Below, in pieces: positions 20,116 to 29,254 of a stretch of 64,000 nucleotides of DNA. Under the pieces are notes generated by a model, which had not been told where the DNA came from, did no database searches, and was given only the letters and a program-made list of their open reading frames with translations. The position numbers and the translations under genes are program-made. This DNA comes from Bacteroidales bacterium (GTDB lineage Bacteria > Bacteroidota > Bacteroidia > Bacteroidales > VadinHA17). Each line of letters starts with the position of its first letter. The stretch's first letter is position 1. The DNA lies in NCBI GenBank assembly GCA_034003345.1, contig JAVEYS010000001.1:70513-134512 (forward strand). Direction: 5' to 3'.

Positions 20116-21558
20116 ATGGATAGTGACGAGTTTCGCAAATATGGTCATGAGATCGTTGAGTGGATTGCCCGATACTATGAGACCGTAGAGCAATTCCCTG
20201 TCAAGTCGCGTTGTGCGCCGGGTGACGTAAAAAGCGCCCTTCCGGAAATACCTCCCACAGGGAGCGAGTCATTTGATAAATTTCTGAAAGATTTTGATGA
20301 GATAATTATGCCGGGCATTACGCACTGGCAGAGCCCAAACTTCTTTGCATATTTCCCGGCAAACAGCAGTCCCCCTTCGGTTCTTGCCGAGATGCTTACT
20401 GCGGCTCTGGCTGCTCAGTGCATGATCTGGGAGACCTCCCCGGCTGCTGCTGAACTTGAGGAGAGAATGATGGAGTGGCTGCGTGTGATGACGGGACTTC
20501 CGTCATCTTTTGAGGGAGTTATACAGGACAGTGGCTCTTCGGCCACCCTGGCTGCCCTTATCACCGCACGTGAGAGAGCAACACATTACAGATCAAACAG
20601 CGAAGGGTTATCGGAGACCGGACGCCTGCGCGTGTATGCCTCTACCCAGGCTCATTCCTCTGTCGAAAAGGGTGCCGGAGTGGCAGGATTCGGGAGAGAA
20701 AACCTGGTAAGAATAGATGTGAGAAGCGATTACTCTATGGACCCTGCTGCTCTGAAAAAGGCCATAGATGATGATCTCTCCTCCGGGTATACTCCATGCT
20801 GCGTGGTAGCTACCATGGGCACCACAGGCACTACTGCCGTCGATCAGCTACGCCCGCTAGGTGAGATATGCCGTGAAAGGAACATATGGCTTCATGTAGA
20901 CGGCGCACTGGGAGGAACGGCCCTGCTGCTTCCCGAGATGCGATGGATGGCCGACGGTATGGAATATGTCGATTCAATCGTTTTTAACCCTCACAAGTGG
21001 ATGTTCACAAACTTCGACTGCTCGGCCTTTTATGTCCGCGATGCCGCAGGCCTGATCCGAACATTCGAAATCCTGCCCGAGTATCTCAAGACACGTACAA
21101 GGGGGACGGTCAATGACTACCGCGACTGGGGCATACCACTCGGCAGAAGGTTCAGGTCGCTCAAGCTGTGGGCCGTCATTCGTTCCTATGGCGTTGAACA
21201 GCTCCAGTCGATGATCAGGGAACATCTGAGACTGGCGCAGATGCTGGCACAGCTGATAGAGTCTGAAAAGGATTTTGTGCTTATGGCGCCTGTGCCTCTG
21301 AACACGGTCTGTTTCAGATATCTGCCTGAGGGAATGAGTGACGATAAGGCAAACAGGCTGAATGAGAAAATCAATCACGCCCTGAATGATACCGGGAAAA
21401 TATATCTTACCCATACAAAGATTGACGGTGCGTATGTGCTGCGCATGGTGACGGCACAGACAAACGTTACGGAGCAGCATGTGCTGAAGGCATGGGAGTT
21501 GATAAAGAAATACGCGTCAGCGTTCTCTCCCAAGAACGGTTCCGTAGATGTTGACTGA
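20116..21558 (+). CDS. PLP-dependent aromatic-L-amino-acid (DOPA/tyrosine/tryptophan-type) decarboxylase
   Basis: Group II decarboxylase with the PLP-lysine context 'SIVFNPHKWMFTNFDCSAFYVRD' and 'HWQSPNFFAYFP'. ATG 20116 lies 5 nt after the atpC stop; the track's TTG is at 20113. Confidence 0.85.
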   Translation: MDSDEFRKYGHEIVEWIARYYETVEQFPVKSRCAPGDVKSALPEIPPTGSESFDKFLKDFDEIIMPGITHWQSPNFFAYFPANSSPPSVLAEMLTAALAAQCMIWETSPAAAELEERMMEWLRVMTGLPSSFEGVIQDSGSSATLAALITARERATHYRSNSEGLSETGRLRVYASTQAHSSVEKGAGVAGFGRENLVRIDVRSDYSMDPAALKKAIDDDLSSGYTPCCVVATMGTTGTTAVDQLRPLGEICRERNIWLHVDGALGGTALLLPEMRWMADGMEYVDSIVFNPHKWMFTNFDCSAFYVRDAAGLIRTFEILPEYLKTRTRGTVNDYRDWGIPLGRRFRSLKLWAVIRSYGVEQLQSMIREHLRLAQMLAQLIESEKDFVLMAPVPLNTVCFRYLPEGMSDDKANRLNEKINHALNDTGKIYLTHTKIDGAYVLRMVTAQTNVTEQHVLKAWELIKKYASAFSPKNGSVDVD

Positions 21559-24384
21559 GAACACCCCGTTGACAAAAAACCTGTTTTTTTCAGGAATATA
21601 GCCGGCACCGCAACCTGCGCTTATCTCAAAGGGGAACCTGAGCACATAAAAATCGGCCAGCAGCTCCGCTCCTGTGGAGGTGAAGGTGGCCAGCTCACCG
21701 TTGAAAGAGTGGTTATCATAATCAAATGTCCCCACGCTCCTGCTGTGATCACAAAACAATGAGCCTCTGATCCTCTTGAGGTATAAGAGGCTCCCTGCCG
21801 CCAGGTCCGGATAAAAGAGCGGCATAGTATAATCGGCTGACAGCGACAGAAGCTTTTCGGCGATAAAGTTATTACTGTAACCCCGGGGCCAGGAAACATT
21901 GTTCCAGTAGATCAGCTTACGGGTGGGCAACTGGTTCTCATATCCGGCCTTCAGTACGAGACTGTGATTGTTGGCTATTCCGGGGAAAAAGAATGTTGTC
22001 TTGACATATTTCCTTATGCCGTACAGATCGCTATCCCATGGCGCTGCTGTTATCCTCAGGTCGATGATCTGCCCCCACCTGGGGTTGATGTCGCGATAAG
22101 CGGTGCGAAACGTGTTGGAAAAGTATAGTCTCCCTGTCAGGTTTACGATATTCTTGTCGTAGCTGCTGTTATCAGTGATATAGGTGTATTTGTTAATGTA
22201 ATTCAAGTACAGAGCAGGCATCAGCAACTGCCTGAATTTACCGTATGCAAACCATAGCTGGTCGTAGAGGCTGATGTTTATCTGCAGGTTTTTGCCCAAA
22301 TCTTCCGGCAGTGATTGTGTGACGGTATCCCTTGACACGAGCTGGGCACCTCCATAGGTTATCTCTGCATCGATCACAGGGTGCCAGCCGCTCCATTTGA
22401 TGCCGGTGTGAAAGTAATGGTTCCCCCCGCTGTATTCATATCCTGCCGTGGTTATAAGTGTGCTCAGGTGGTTCTGAGACATCAGCGTCAGTCCTGGCCT
22501 GATGGCTGTGGGGTCGGCTTTGATCTCGTCAATGTCACCGTAGAATGGGAACCAGCTGTGGAAGTTAAACAGATGGGTTATCTTGCTGTATGGTTTCGGA
22601 TCAAGGTTCAGTAGCAGAGGCTGTGTATCATCACTCTTTTCTTGTGGCTCAGGAGCAGGTTCCGGAATAATTCCCTCCATTCCTCTGCCTGCCGGTCCGG
22701 CAGTAGCTCTGCTCTGCTCTGACGCGATAACAAAGCCGTCGCTGCTGTAATCAGAGAAGAGAATCTTGTCTCCTGAAACAGAGAATCCGGAGATACCGAA
22801 ACGCGACCCTGTGACACGTTCTGGCAGCGTGTCACCGGTCATACGGTATATATTATCTGAACCGTCACCCTGGGCCAGGTAAAAGAGGGTATCATTAACC
22901 AGCCTGGCCTGTATGATGTCTGTGGTGCTCTCGGTCCGGTATACTCTCCACCTCTTACCGGTAGGCCGGTAACTGCGTATCCCCTCTCCCTCTTCGCTGA
23001 GGGTGACGACGGTCACCTCCCTGCCGTCAGATGACCATGCCGGGCGCTGAAGGATCAGGTTGTCAGGCGGAACAACATCCATTAATACTTCTCCTGTATA
23101 TGCATCAAGAAATACCAGTGAACAGCGAAGATCAGGCGTTGTGGAGACAGCAACAATAGTTCTTCCGTCAGGGGAGAGGTCGGGAGCTGAGAATCTTGTC
23201 CGGCGTGTAAGTTGTGTCACCTTGCCGTCTGAAAGATCCATCTTCTTTATGACAGAAAAATTTCTGTTATCCCATCTGATATCTGAGTGTAGCTCAGACC
23301 ATACAAGAGTACTGTCTGCGTATGAAAAAAAATAGGGAAATACATACCCGGTGGTAGTCAGAAGATGTTCTGTGCCTTTCGTTGTATCGGTTAAGACAAA
23401 CCGTGAGGGGGTTGACATGGAAGTTCTGAGTGATACAATCATTCCATCACCAGTCATGTAAGGAGAGAAGTGACTTACGTAATCACGCGGTCTGCTGACA
23501 TTAAGAGCCGGATATTCAATGTAGTTGTCAGGCTCATCATCTTTCCAGATTCTCTCAAGGGTTGCGAAAGTTGAATCAAACAGGCTCTTTTTTGTAAATC
23601 CCGTCTCTTTTCTAAGGCTTTTATTGACAGGATTGAAAGGATAACCTGATGAGACCGTTTCCATTGTCTTCCTCCATGCATCTCCGTCCATGGTTCGGAG
23701 GTGGTTCATCATCAGGTATCCGAAGACATAATAATCAGGCGTGAAGTCTCTGTATGAGCCGGCGAGCATTTTATCATAGCTGAATAATCCCTGTGGTCTT
23801 GTTGCCAGCGCTCTGGCGCCCTGTGTAAAGACATTACTGCGGCCTCTGCCTGACAATCCTGTGACCGTCTCTGCATACACGGCATCACCCTCGAAGGCCC
23901 ACATGGGGATCTCCAGGGCGCTCAGGCCTACAGCCTGTTCGCCGAGAAGGTAACGGAGAATTCTTCCTGCTCCCTTCCGGTTGAGGGATGAGAGCTGCAA
24001 GACGTGGGTGGTCTCATGAACGGTAAGCTGTACGGCCGGCAGCATTGGCAGATTATCCTGTCCGGGAAGGGGGAAGAGTTCCATTCTGCGCGGGGCCCAG
24101 CTCACATATCCGTTTGACAGCATTGAGTGGTTGTGGATAATAACAGGGATCACTGTTTTTACTCCGGGATAGATAGTTGACAATCTGTTGTATGACTGCT
24201 CCAGAAGCCGGGCGTAAAGTTCTGCTCCGGAACCGAAATCTTCGGGATAGATGACACGGAAATGCGGTGTGCGTATCTGGAGCCACTTAAGTGAAGCCGG
24301 ATCCTGCCCTGTATCATAATACTGTGCTCCTGCTCTAACAACAGTCAGCAGGCTCATTAAGAGCAGGATAACGATTCTTTTCAT
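21517..24384 (-). CDS. Secreted 955-aa protein: peptidase-MA-like (HExxH...EG) domain, TolB/PD40-like beta-propeller and a large C-terminal beta-rich region
   Basis: ATG 24384 gives a signal peptide (MKRIVILLLMSLLTVVRAGA/Q). Motifs 'TVHETTHVLQ' and 'WAFEGDAVYAE' are gluzincin/Peptidase_MA_2-like, and 'SPDGRTIVAVS' and 'SSDGREVTVV' are PD40-like repeats. The last ~350 aa are Tyr/Phe-rich alternating strands. Confidence 0.7.
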   Translation of the reverse strand: MKRIVILLLMSLLTVVRAGAQYYDTGQDPASLKWLQIRTPHFRVIYPEDFGSGAELYARLLEQSYNRLSTIYPGVKTVIPVIIHNHSMLSNGYVSWAPRRMELFPLPGQDNLPMLPAVQLTVHETTHVLQLSSLNRKGAGRILRYLLGEQAVGLSALEIPMWAFEGDAVYAETVTGLSGRGRSNVFTQGARALATRPQGLFSYDKMLAGSYRDFTPDYYVFGYLMMNHLRTMDGDAWRKTMETVSSGYPFNPVNKSLRKETGFTKKSLFDSTFATLERIWKDDEPDNYIEYPALNVSRPRDYVSHFSPYMTGDGMIVSLRTSMSTPSRFVLTDTTKGTEHLLTTTGYVFPYFFSYADSTLVWSELHSDIRWDNRNFSVIKKMDLSDGKVTQLTRRTRFSAPDLSPDGRTIVAVSTTPDLRCSLVFLDAYTGEVLMDVVPPDNLILQRPAWSSDGREVTVVTLSEEGEGIRSYRPTGKRWRVYRTESTTDIIQARLVNDTLFYLAQGDGSDNIYRMTGDTLPERVTGSRFGISGFSVSGDKILFSDYSSDGFVIASEQSRATAGPAGRGMEGIIPEPAPEPQEKSDDTQPLLLNLDPKPYSKITHLFNFHSWFPFYGDIDEIKADPTAIRPGLTLMSQNHLSTLITTAGYEYSGGNHYFHTGIKWSGWHPVIDAEITYGGAQLVSRDTVTQSLPEDLGKNLQINISLYDQLWFAYGKFRQLLMPALYLNYINKYTYITDNSSYDKNIVNLTGRLYFSNTFRTAYRDINPRWGQIIDLRITAAPWDSDLYGIRKYVKTTFFFPGIANNHSLVLKAGYENQLPTRKLIYWNNVSWPRGYSNNFIAEKLLSLSADYTMPLFYPDLAAGSLLYLKRIRGSLFCDHSRSVGTFDYDNHSFNGELATFTSTGAELLADFYVLRFPFEISAGCGAGYIPEKNRFFVNGVFSVNIYGTVLGRER

Positions 24385-24491
24385 GTATGGCAGTTTGTCT
24401 AAAAATACCAAAATTAGCCGAGATCTTCTGCTTCAGTGCAAAATCTTATTATTTTCGTGCGGTAAATCAAGGGAACAGAAAGAAAAAGGTT

Positions 24492-27400
24492 ATGGTAAAG
24501 AAATTCAGGCTTTGGGATAATATTACCGGGTGGGCGGTTTTTGCAGTTGCGGCAGTCACCTACCTCATGACCATTGAGCCTACGACCAGTCTGTGGGACT
24601 GCAGTGAATTCATCGCATCTGCCTTTAAACTTGAAGTGGGGCACCCGCCCGGAGCACCGTTATTCATGATACTCGGAAAGTTCTTTGCAAATTTTGCAGG
24701 AGGCGATGTCACAAAGGTGGCGATGATGATCAATGCAATGTCAGGACTGGCAAGTGCAGTGACTATACTCTTTCTTTTTTGGACCATCACTCATCTTGCA
24801 CGGAGGATAATCATAAAGCAGGAGTCTGATTACACTACCGGAAGGATCATTGCCATTATCGGGGCAGGGCTTACGGGTTCCCTGGCTTATGCTTTCTCGG
24901 ATACGTTCTGGTTCTCTGCTGTTGAAGGAGAGGTCTATGCCACCTCATCGCTGTTCACTGCGGTGGTCTTCTGGGCTATACTGAAGTGGGAGGATGTGGC
25001 TGACGAGCCTCATGCTGATCGATGGATTATGCTGATAGCTTTAATGATGGGACTCTCCATCGGGGTGCACCTACTGAACCTGCTGGCCATACCCGCCATA
25101 GTCTTTGTATGGTACTTTCGCAAGTATAAGTTTTCATGGAAGGGATTTATAGCCTCGCTGGGTGTGTCGATCATACTACTGGTGCTGATCATGTACGGAA
25201 TTATCCCGGGTATTTTCAGGGTTACTTCTAAGTTTGAGCTATTCTTTGTCAACAGCCTGGGCATGCCATTTAACAGCGGGATGTACATTCATCTTATCCT
25301 CTTCATTGCAGCTCTCCTGTTTTCCGTCTGGTACACCTTCACTCATAAGGAAGGGAAGAGGGGCTTCCTGCTTGCAGGTGCTGCCTTACTACTCTCCGGC
25401 ATCTGGCTTCTTACAGATTCGTTGTTAGTGAACCTGATCTTTCTTGCAGCGATACTCTACGTCGCATGGATCCTGGCGGCCCGTAATACCGTTGTGTTGA
25501 ATACCATCATGACGGCAATGATGGTGATAATGATCGGTTATTCCAGCTTTGCGACAATTGTCATCAGATCAGTGGCAAATCCACCGATAAATGAAAATAA
25601 TCCGTCAAATCCATTCGCCCTGCTCTATTACCTTAACCGTGAACAATACGGACAGCGCCCTCTGTTCTATGGTCCCTATTACAACGCACCAGTAACAGAC
25701 TATGTGAAGGGGAAGCCTACATATAATCCTGTTGATGGCAAATATATAATCACCAACCGTGAGACAATACGCAAGTATGATGAGCGGTTCATGACAATTT
25801 TCCCAAGGATGTGGAGTGATTCTCAGGAGCATGTAAGTGAATACGAAACCTATACAGGCAATAAGGGTAAGCCTGTAAGGATCACTGATCCGCAAACGGG
25901 GGAGGCAAAGACGGTTCGTGTGCCGACATTTGGACAGAACCTCAAATTCATGTTCGGTTATCAGTTCGGATTCATGTATTTCAGGTATTTTATGTGGAAC
26001 TTCAGCGGCAGACAGAATGATACTCAGAGCTATGGTGGTCCGCTTAATGGCAACTGGATCACCGGGATAGAGTTTCTTGATGCTCCGCGGACAGGCTCTC
26101 TGAAGGGGATGCCTGATGACATAAAAAATACTCCCTCGCGCAATGCCTATTTTCTGTTACCACTGCTGCTGGGGCTGGTGGGATTTTTATGGCACTTCAA
26201 CCGCGATGTGCGCAACTGGTGGATAGTATTGCTGCTCTTTATCATGACAGGGGTAGCTATCGTGGTTTACCTGAACCAGTACCCCAACCAGCCCAGGGAA
26301 CGCGATTACGCTTATGCGGCTTCGTTTTATGCCTTCACTATTTGGATCGGTATGGGCGTACTTGCTCTGTTCGAGTTGCTGCGCAGGATCACAGGTGAAG
26401 CGCCCGCCGCCATCATCGCCTCAGTGCTGACTTTCGCTGCAGTGCCTGCACTCATGGGAGCGGAAAACTGGGATGATCATGACAGGTCAGGAAGGTATCT
26501 GGCCAGGGATGTTGCCTTCAATTATCTTAACACATGTGCACCCAATGCCATTATTTTCACCGGCGGCGACAATGATACTTTCCCGCTGTGGTATGCTCAG
26601 GAGGTTGAGGGCATGCGCACCGACGTACGTGTCTGCAACCTGATGCTGCTGAATACTGACTGGTATATAGACCAGATGAAGGTAAAGGCATATGAATCCG
26701 AACCATTGCCCATTAGCCTTCCAAGAAAACTCTATTATGACGGTGTAAACAACCAGGTGGCTGTCTATGAGCGTATCAAGGAGCCGGCAACAGCCAGTGA
26801 GGTGATGAAGTTCATAACCAGTGGCAGCGAAAAGTCTAAGCTCTCGCTCTACGGTGAAGATATCTGGTACATACCCACACGGACCGTACGCATTCCTGTT
26901 GATGCCGCCAAGGTGTTGGCTAACGGTACCGTCAGGCCTGAGGATGCAGACAAGATAGTGCCATATATAGATATTACACTCAAAGGCTCATGGATAATGA
27001 AGAACCAGCTTCTGGTGCTTGACATCCTTGCCCAAAACAACTGGGACAGGCCTATTTATTTTGTTACCGGTCAGTCAGACGATGCCCTTGGACTTGAAGA
27101 GTACTTCCAGCTTGAGGGGCAGGCTTACAGGCTCGTTCCGGTCAAGGGGGTAAATAATGGATGGTTTGATTATGGCCGCATTGACACAGATATACTGTAT
27201 GAAAATATGATGAACAGGTTTGTCTGGCAGGGGGCGGCTGACCCTGACGTATATATTGATTATTACCATTCCCGTACCCTTACTGTCATCAGGGCCCGGT
27301 TCAACTATGCAAGGCTGTCAAAGGCACTCTCTGCCGAGGGTGACACCGTCAGGGCCTCTGCAGTAATAGACAGGTGCCTTGAACTCTTCCCGGTATCAAA

Positions 27401-27698
27401 AATGGGATATGATTTCTATTTCGGAGACATTATCTCAGCATGTTTTGATGCAGGCCAGAGGGAGAAGGCCGCCACTCTTTCACGTGAACTCACTGACTAT
27501 TATTATGAGCGTACGGGTTACTTTCTTGATCAGACACCCTCTGTGACAATGTATGCCGACCGGGAAATTGCCAATGGCCTGCAGATGATCATACAGGCAA
27601 TGCGGATATGCTTTGACAATGGGGAGACATCTCTTGCCGAAGAGATCAACGGAAAGTATAATGAACTGTATGCCAGGTATGCCTCAATAAGGCAATGA
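24492..27698 (+). CDS. DUF2723 (TMEM260-like, GT-C fold) polytopic membrane protein with a soluble C-terminal helical-repeat domain
   Basis: Family N-terminus 'ITGWAVFAVAAVTYLMTIEPTTSLWDCSEFIASAFKLEVGHPPGAPLF', more than 10 TM helices and a ~400-aa C-terminal domain. ATG 24492 is preferred because the track's 24387 start would overlap the divergent gene. Confidence 0.8.
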   Translation: MVKKFRLWDNITGWAVFAVAAVTYLMTIEPTTSLWDCSEFIASAFKLEVGHPPGAPLFMILGKFFANFAGGDVTKVAMMINAMSGLASAVTILFLFWTITHLARRIIIKQESDYTTGRIIAIIGAGLTGSLAYAFSDTFWFSAVEGEVYATSSLFTAVVFWAILKWEDVADEPHADRWIMLIALMMGLSIGVHLLNLLAIPAIVFVWYFRKYKFSWKGFIASLGVSIILLVLIMYGIIPGIFRVTSKFELFFVNSLGMPFNSGMYIHLILFIAALLFSVWYTFTHKEGKRGFLLAGAALLLSGIWLLTDSLLVNLIFLAAILYVAWILAARNTVVLNTIMTAMMVIMIGYSSFATIVIRSVANPPINENNPSNPFALLYYLNREQYGQRPLFYGPYYNAPVTDYVKGKPTYNPVDGKYIITNRETIRKYDERFMTIFPRMWSDSQEHVSEYETYTGNKGKPVRITDPQTGEAKTVRVPTFGQNLKFMFGYQFGFMYFRYFMWNFSGRQNDTQSYGGPLNGNWITGIEFLDAPRTGSLKGMPDDIKNTPSRNAYFLLPLLLGLVGFLWHFNRDVRNWWIVLLLFIMTGVAIVVYLNQYPNQPRERDYAYAASFYAFTIWIGMGVLALFELLRRITGEAPAAIIASVLTFAAVPALMGAENWDDHDRSGRYLARDVAFNYLNTCAPNAIIFTGGDNDTFPLWYAQEVEGMRTDVRVCNLMLLNTDWYIDQMKVKAYESEPLPISLPRKLYYDGVNNQVAVYERIKEPATASEVMKFITSGSEKSKLSLYGEDIWYIPTRTVRIPVDAAKVLANGTVRPEDADKIVPYIDITLKGSWIMKNQLLVLDILAQNNWDRPIYFVTGQSDDALGLEEYFQLEGQAYRLVPVKGVNNGWFDYGRIDTDILYENMMNRFVWQGAADPDVYIDYYHSRTLTVIRARFNYARLSKALSAEGDTVRASAVIDRCLELFPVSKMGYDFYFGDIISACFDAGQREKAATLSRELTDYYYERTGYFLDQTPSVTMYADREIANGLQMIIQAMRICFDNGETSLAEEINGKYNELYARYASIRQ

Positions 27699-27829
27699 GA
27701 AAGAGACACAACAGCATGGCGCCAGCGATGATCACCCGACTGTTCCGGTGAATCACGATTGTGCTATAAGAAAGTCAAGGTTTGCGTAAGCTTGTTTCAG
27801 GTCACGACCCTGCGGAACCGCAGGACCTT

Positions 27830-28234
27830 TCAGTCATAAAACTGGTATGCGGGCCTTGGGGCAAGATACTTCTCGAGGATCATGTGGATCTTATCAGGGA
27901 AGACAGGCTTTAGGTTGTATTCGGTACAGCCTGCTATATAAGCCTCATTCTTTGTCTGTTCAGAGTAATATGCGGTGATCAGTATAACAGGTGCCGAACG
28001 GCTTACCTGGCGAAATGCCCTTGTACATTCAATGCCGTTGACAAGAGGAATAAGAAAATCCATGAAAACCAGGTCGAACTGTGCCATACCTGATGAGATA
28101 GCATCGACAAATTCCTTACCGTTACGGAAAACAGAGACTTCAACACCAGTCTCCTTCAGCAGTGTTTCATAATATTTAAGTGATGCGATGTCGTCCTCAA
28201 CGATCGCGATCTTTTTGCCAGTAATATTCAGCAT
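27830..28234 (-). CDS. Stand-alone response-regulator receiver (CheY-like)
   Basis: 134 aa with KIAIVEDD..., phospho-Asp context FDLVFMDFLIP and conserved Thr/Lys positions (ILITAY...NLKP). No output domain. Confidence 0.85.
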   Translation of the reverse strand: MLNITGKKIAIVEDDIASLKYYETLLKETGVEVSVFRNGKEFVDAISSGMAQFDLVFMDFLIPLVNGIECTRAFRQVSRSAPVILITAYYSEQTKNEAYIAGCTEYNLKPVFPDKIHMILEKYLAPRPAYQFYD

Positions 28235-28414
28235 CGTCTATAAAGTGACCCCGGTGTTAATTTTCCGAACTCAATGTAAAGATACCCGGCTAAGGAGTAA
28301 CAAGAATACACAATCCTCTCCCAAATGTCAACTTTACCGACAACTTATTAACAACAACTTATAAACAGAGGGTTAAAGTAAGTATAACCGCCATATAATG
28401 AGCATTAAAGCTTA

Positions 28415-28642
28415 TTAATGGCACTCCCACCTGGTGGTGATACCTCCGACAGTGGAGGGAGGAATGGACTTGATGGTGAGTAGTTCCTGGTCACAGTACT
28501 CGGCTTCAGTACCCCATGCAATAGGATTATCATTATCATATGATACTGTCTGGCATACCTGGCATCCGTCACCCAGGATATCGCACGAGGTGAAGGAAAA
28601 GGTTATCAGAATAAGACAGGCGGCGTAAAAAAGTTTTCTCAT
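28415..28642 (-). CDS. Small Cys-rich putative lipoprotein
   Basis: 75 aa with a signal peptide ending ...ITFSFTSC. The mature part has four further Cys residues (C27, C30, C50, C74) and ends ...RWECH. Confidence 0.5.
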   Translation of the reverse strand: MRKLFYAACLILITFSFTSCDILGDGCQVCQTVSYDNDNPIAWGTEAEYCDQELLTIKSIPPSTVGGITTRWECH

Positions 28643-28757
28643 TATCTCTGTTTATGGAATAACGGCAAAATTAAACATATAGTATCTTATCCGAAGTGCA
28701 GCATTTTTTATAAATTAGAGTCATTATTTAGCACTGATAAACTTAAAAAATCATATC

Positions 28758-29192
28758 ATGGAAGAGAACACAACTTCAGGAGCAGCCGTTACAGTCGAAG
28801 AAAACAGAATGAGGAAGCATGTAAATGTTGCAGCTATCCTTCAGATAGTCTTCGGGTCGCTCATTGTAATAGGGGCATTGGTCATTGCATTCGCATTTGG
28901 TTTTATTGATCAGTTTGTTGATGACGCGACTGCAATTAAGGTGCTTGGCATTATAGGCACACCGCTTATTGTACTGATGCTGCTTTTTGGCGGTGCGATG
29001 ATAGCCGGTGGGGTGGGCCTCTTCTCATGCAGGCCATGGGCCAGGATACTGACACTTGTTATGGCGGCGCTGGGTCTCCTTAATATTCCTATCGGAACGC
29101 TTAAGGGAGTGTATATCATATGGGTTCTGGTTCAAACAGAGACAGTTTCCCTGTTTGACAAGGGATGCCCGGCGATGCCTCCGTCACAATAA
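28758..29192 (+). CDS. Four-TM membrane protein of unknown function
   Basis: 144-aa ORF with a polar N-terminus followed by four hydrophobic helices. Confidence 0.5.
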   Translation: MEENTTSGAAVTVEENRMRKHVNVAAILQIVFGSLIVIGALVIAFAFGFIDQFVDDATAIKVLGIIGTPLIVLMLLFGGAMIAGGVGLFSCRPWARILTLVMAALGLLNIPIGTLKGVYIIWVLVQTETVSLFDKGCPAMPPSQ

Positions 29193-29225
29193 AACAACAT
29201 ACATCTTTTGGGTAGACAAAATGAT

Positions 29226-29233
29226 TATTTTTG
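29226..29233 (+). promoter_or_regulatory. Bacteroidota -7 promoter box (TATTTTTG) for ettA
   Basis: Exact TAnnTTTG match 22 nt upstream of ATG 29255. Confidence 0.5.
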
Positions 29234-29254
29234 TCGTTGCAAACCATCAAAGCC

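Noticed and set aside
24387-24491. N-terminal extensions proposed by the ORF track (also 31022, 29231, 58392, 54922, 12260, 36013, 49952, 50820 and 44173)
   Set aside because: The extensions start at TTG or overlap the neighbouring gene or promoter box. They precede an internal ATG that yields a canonical N-terminus: a signal peptide, a Tat leader, a family-typical start or an ATGA coupling.
27800-27827. Possible terminator hairpin between DUF2723 and the convergent receiver gene
   Set aside because: CCTGCGG/CCGCAGG would leave a 2-nt loop, so the effective stem is only ~5 bp, and there is no T-tract. This is too weak to call.
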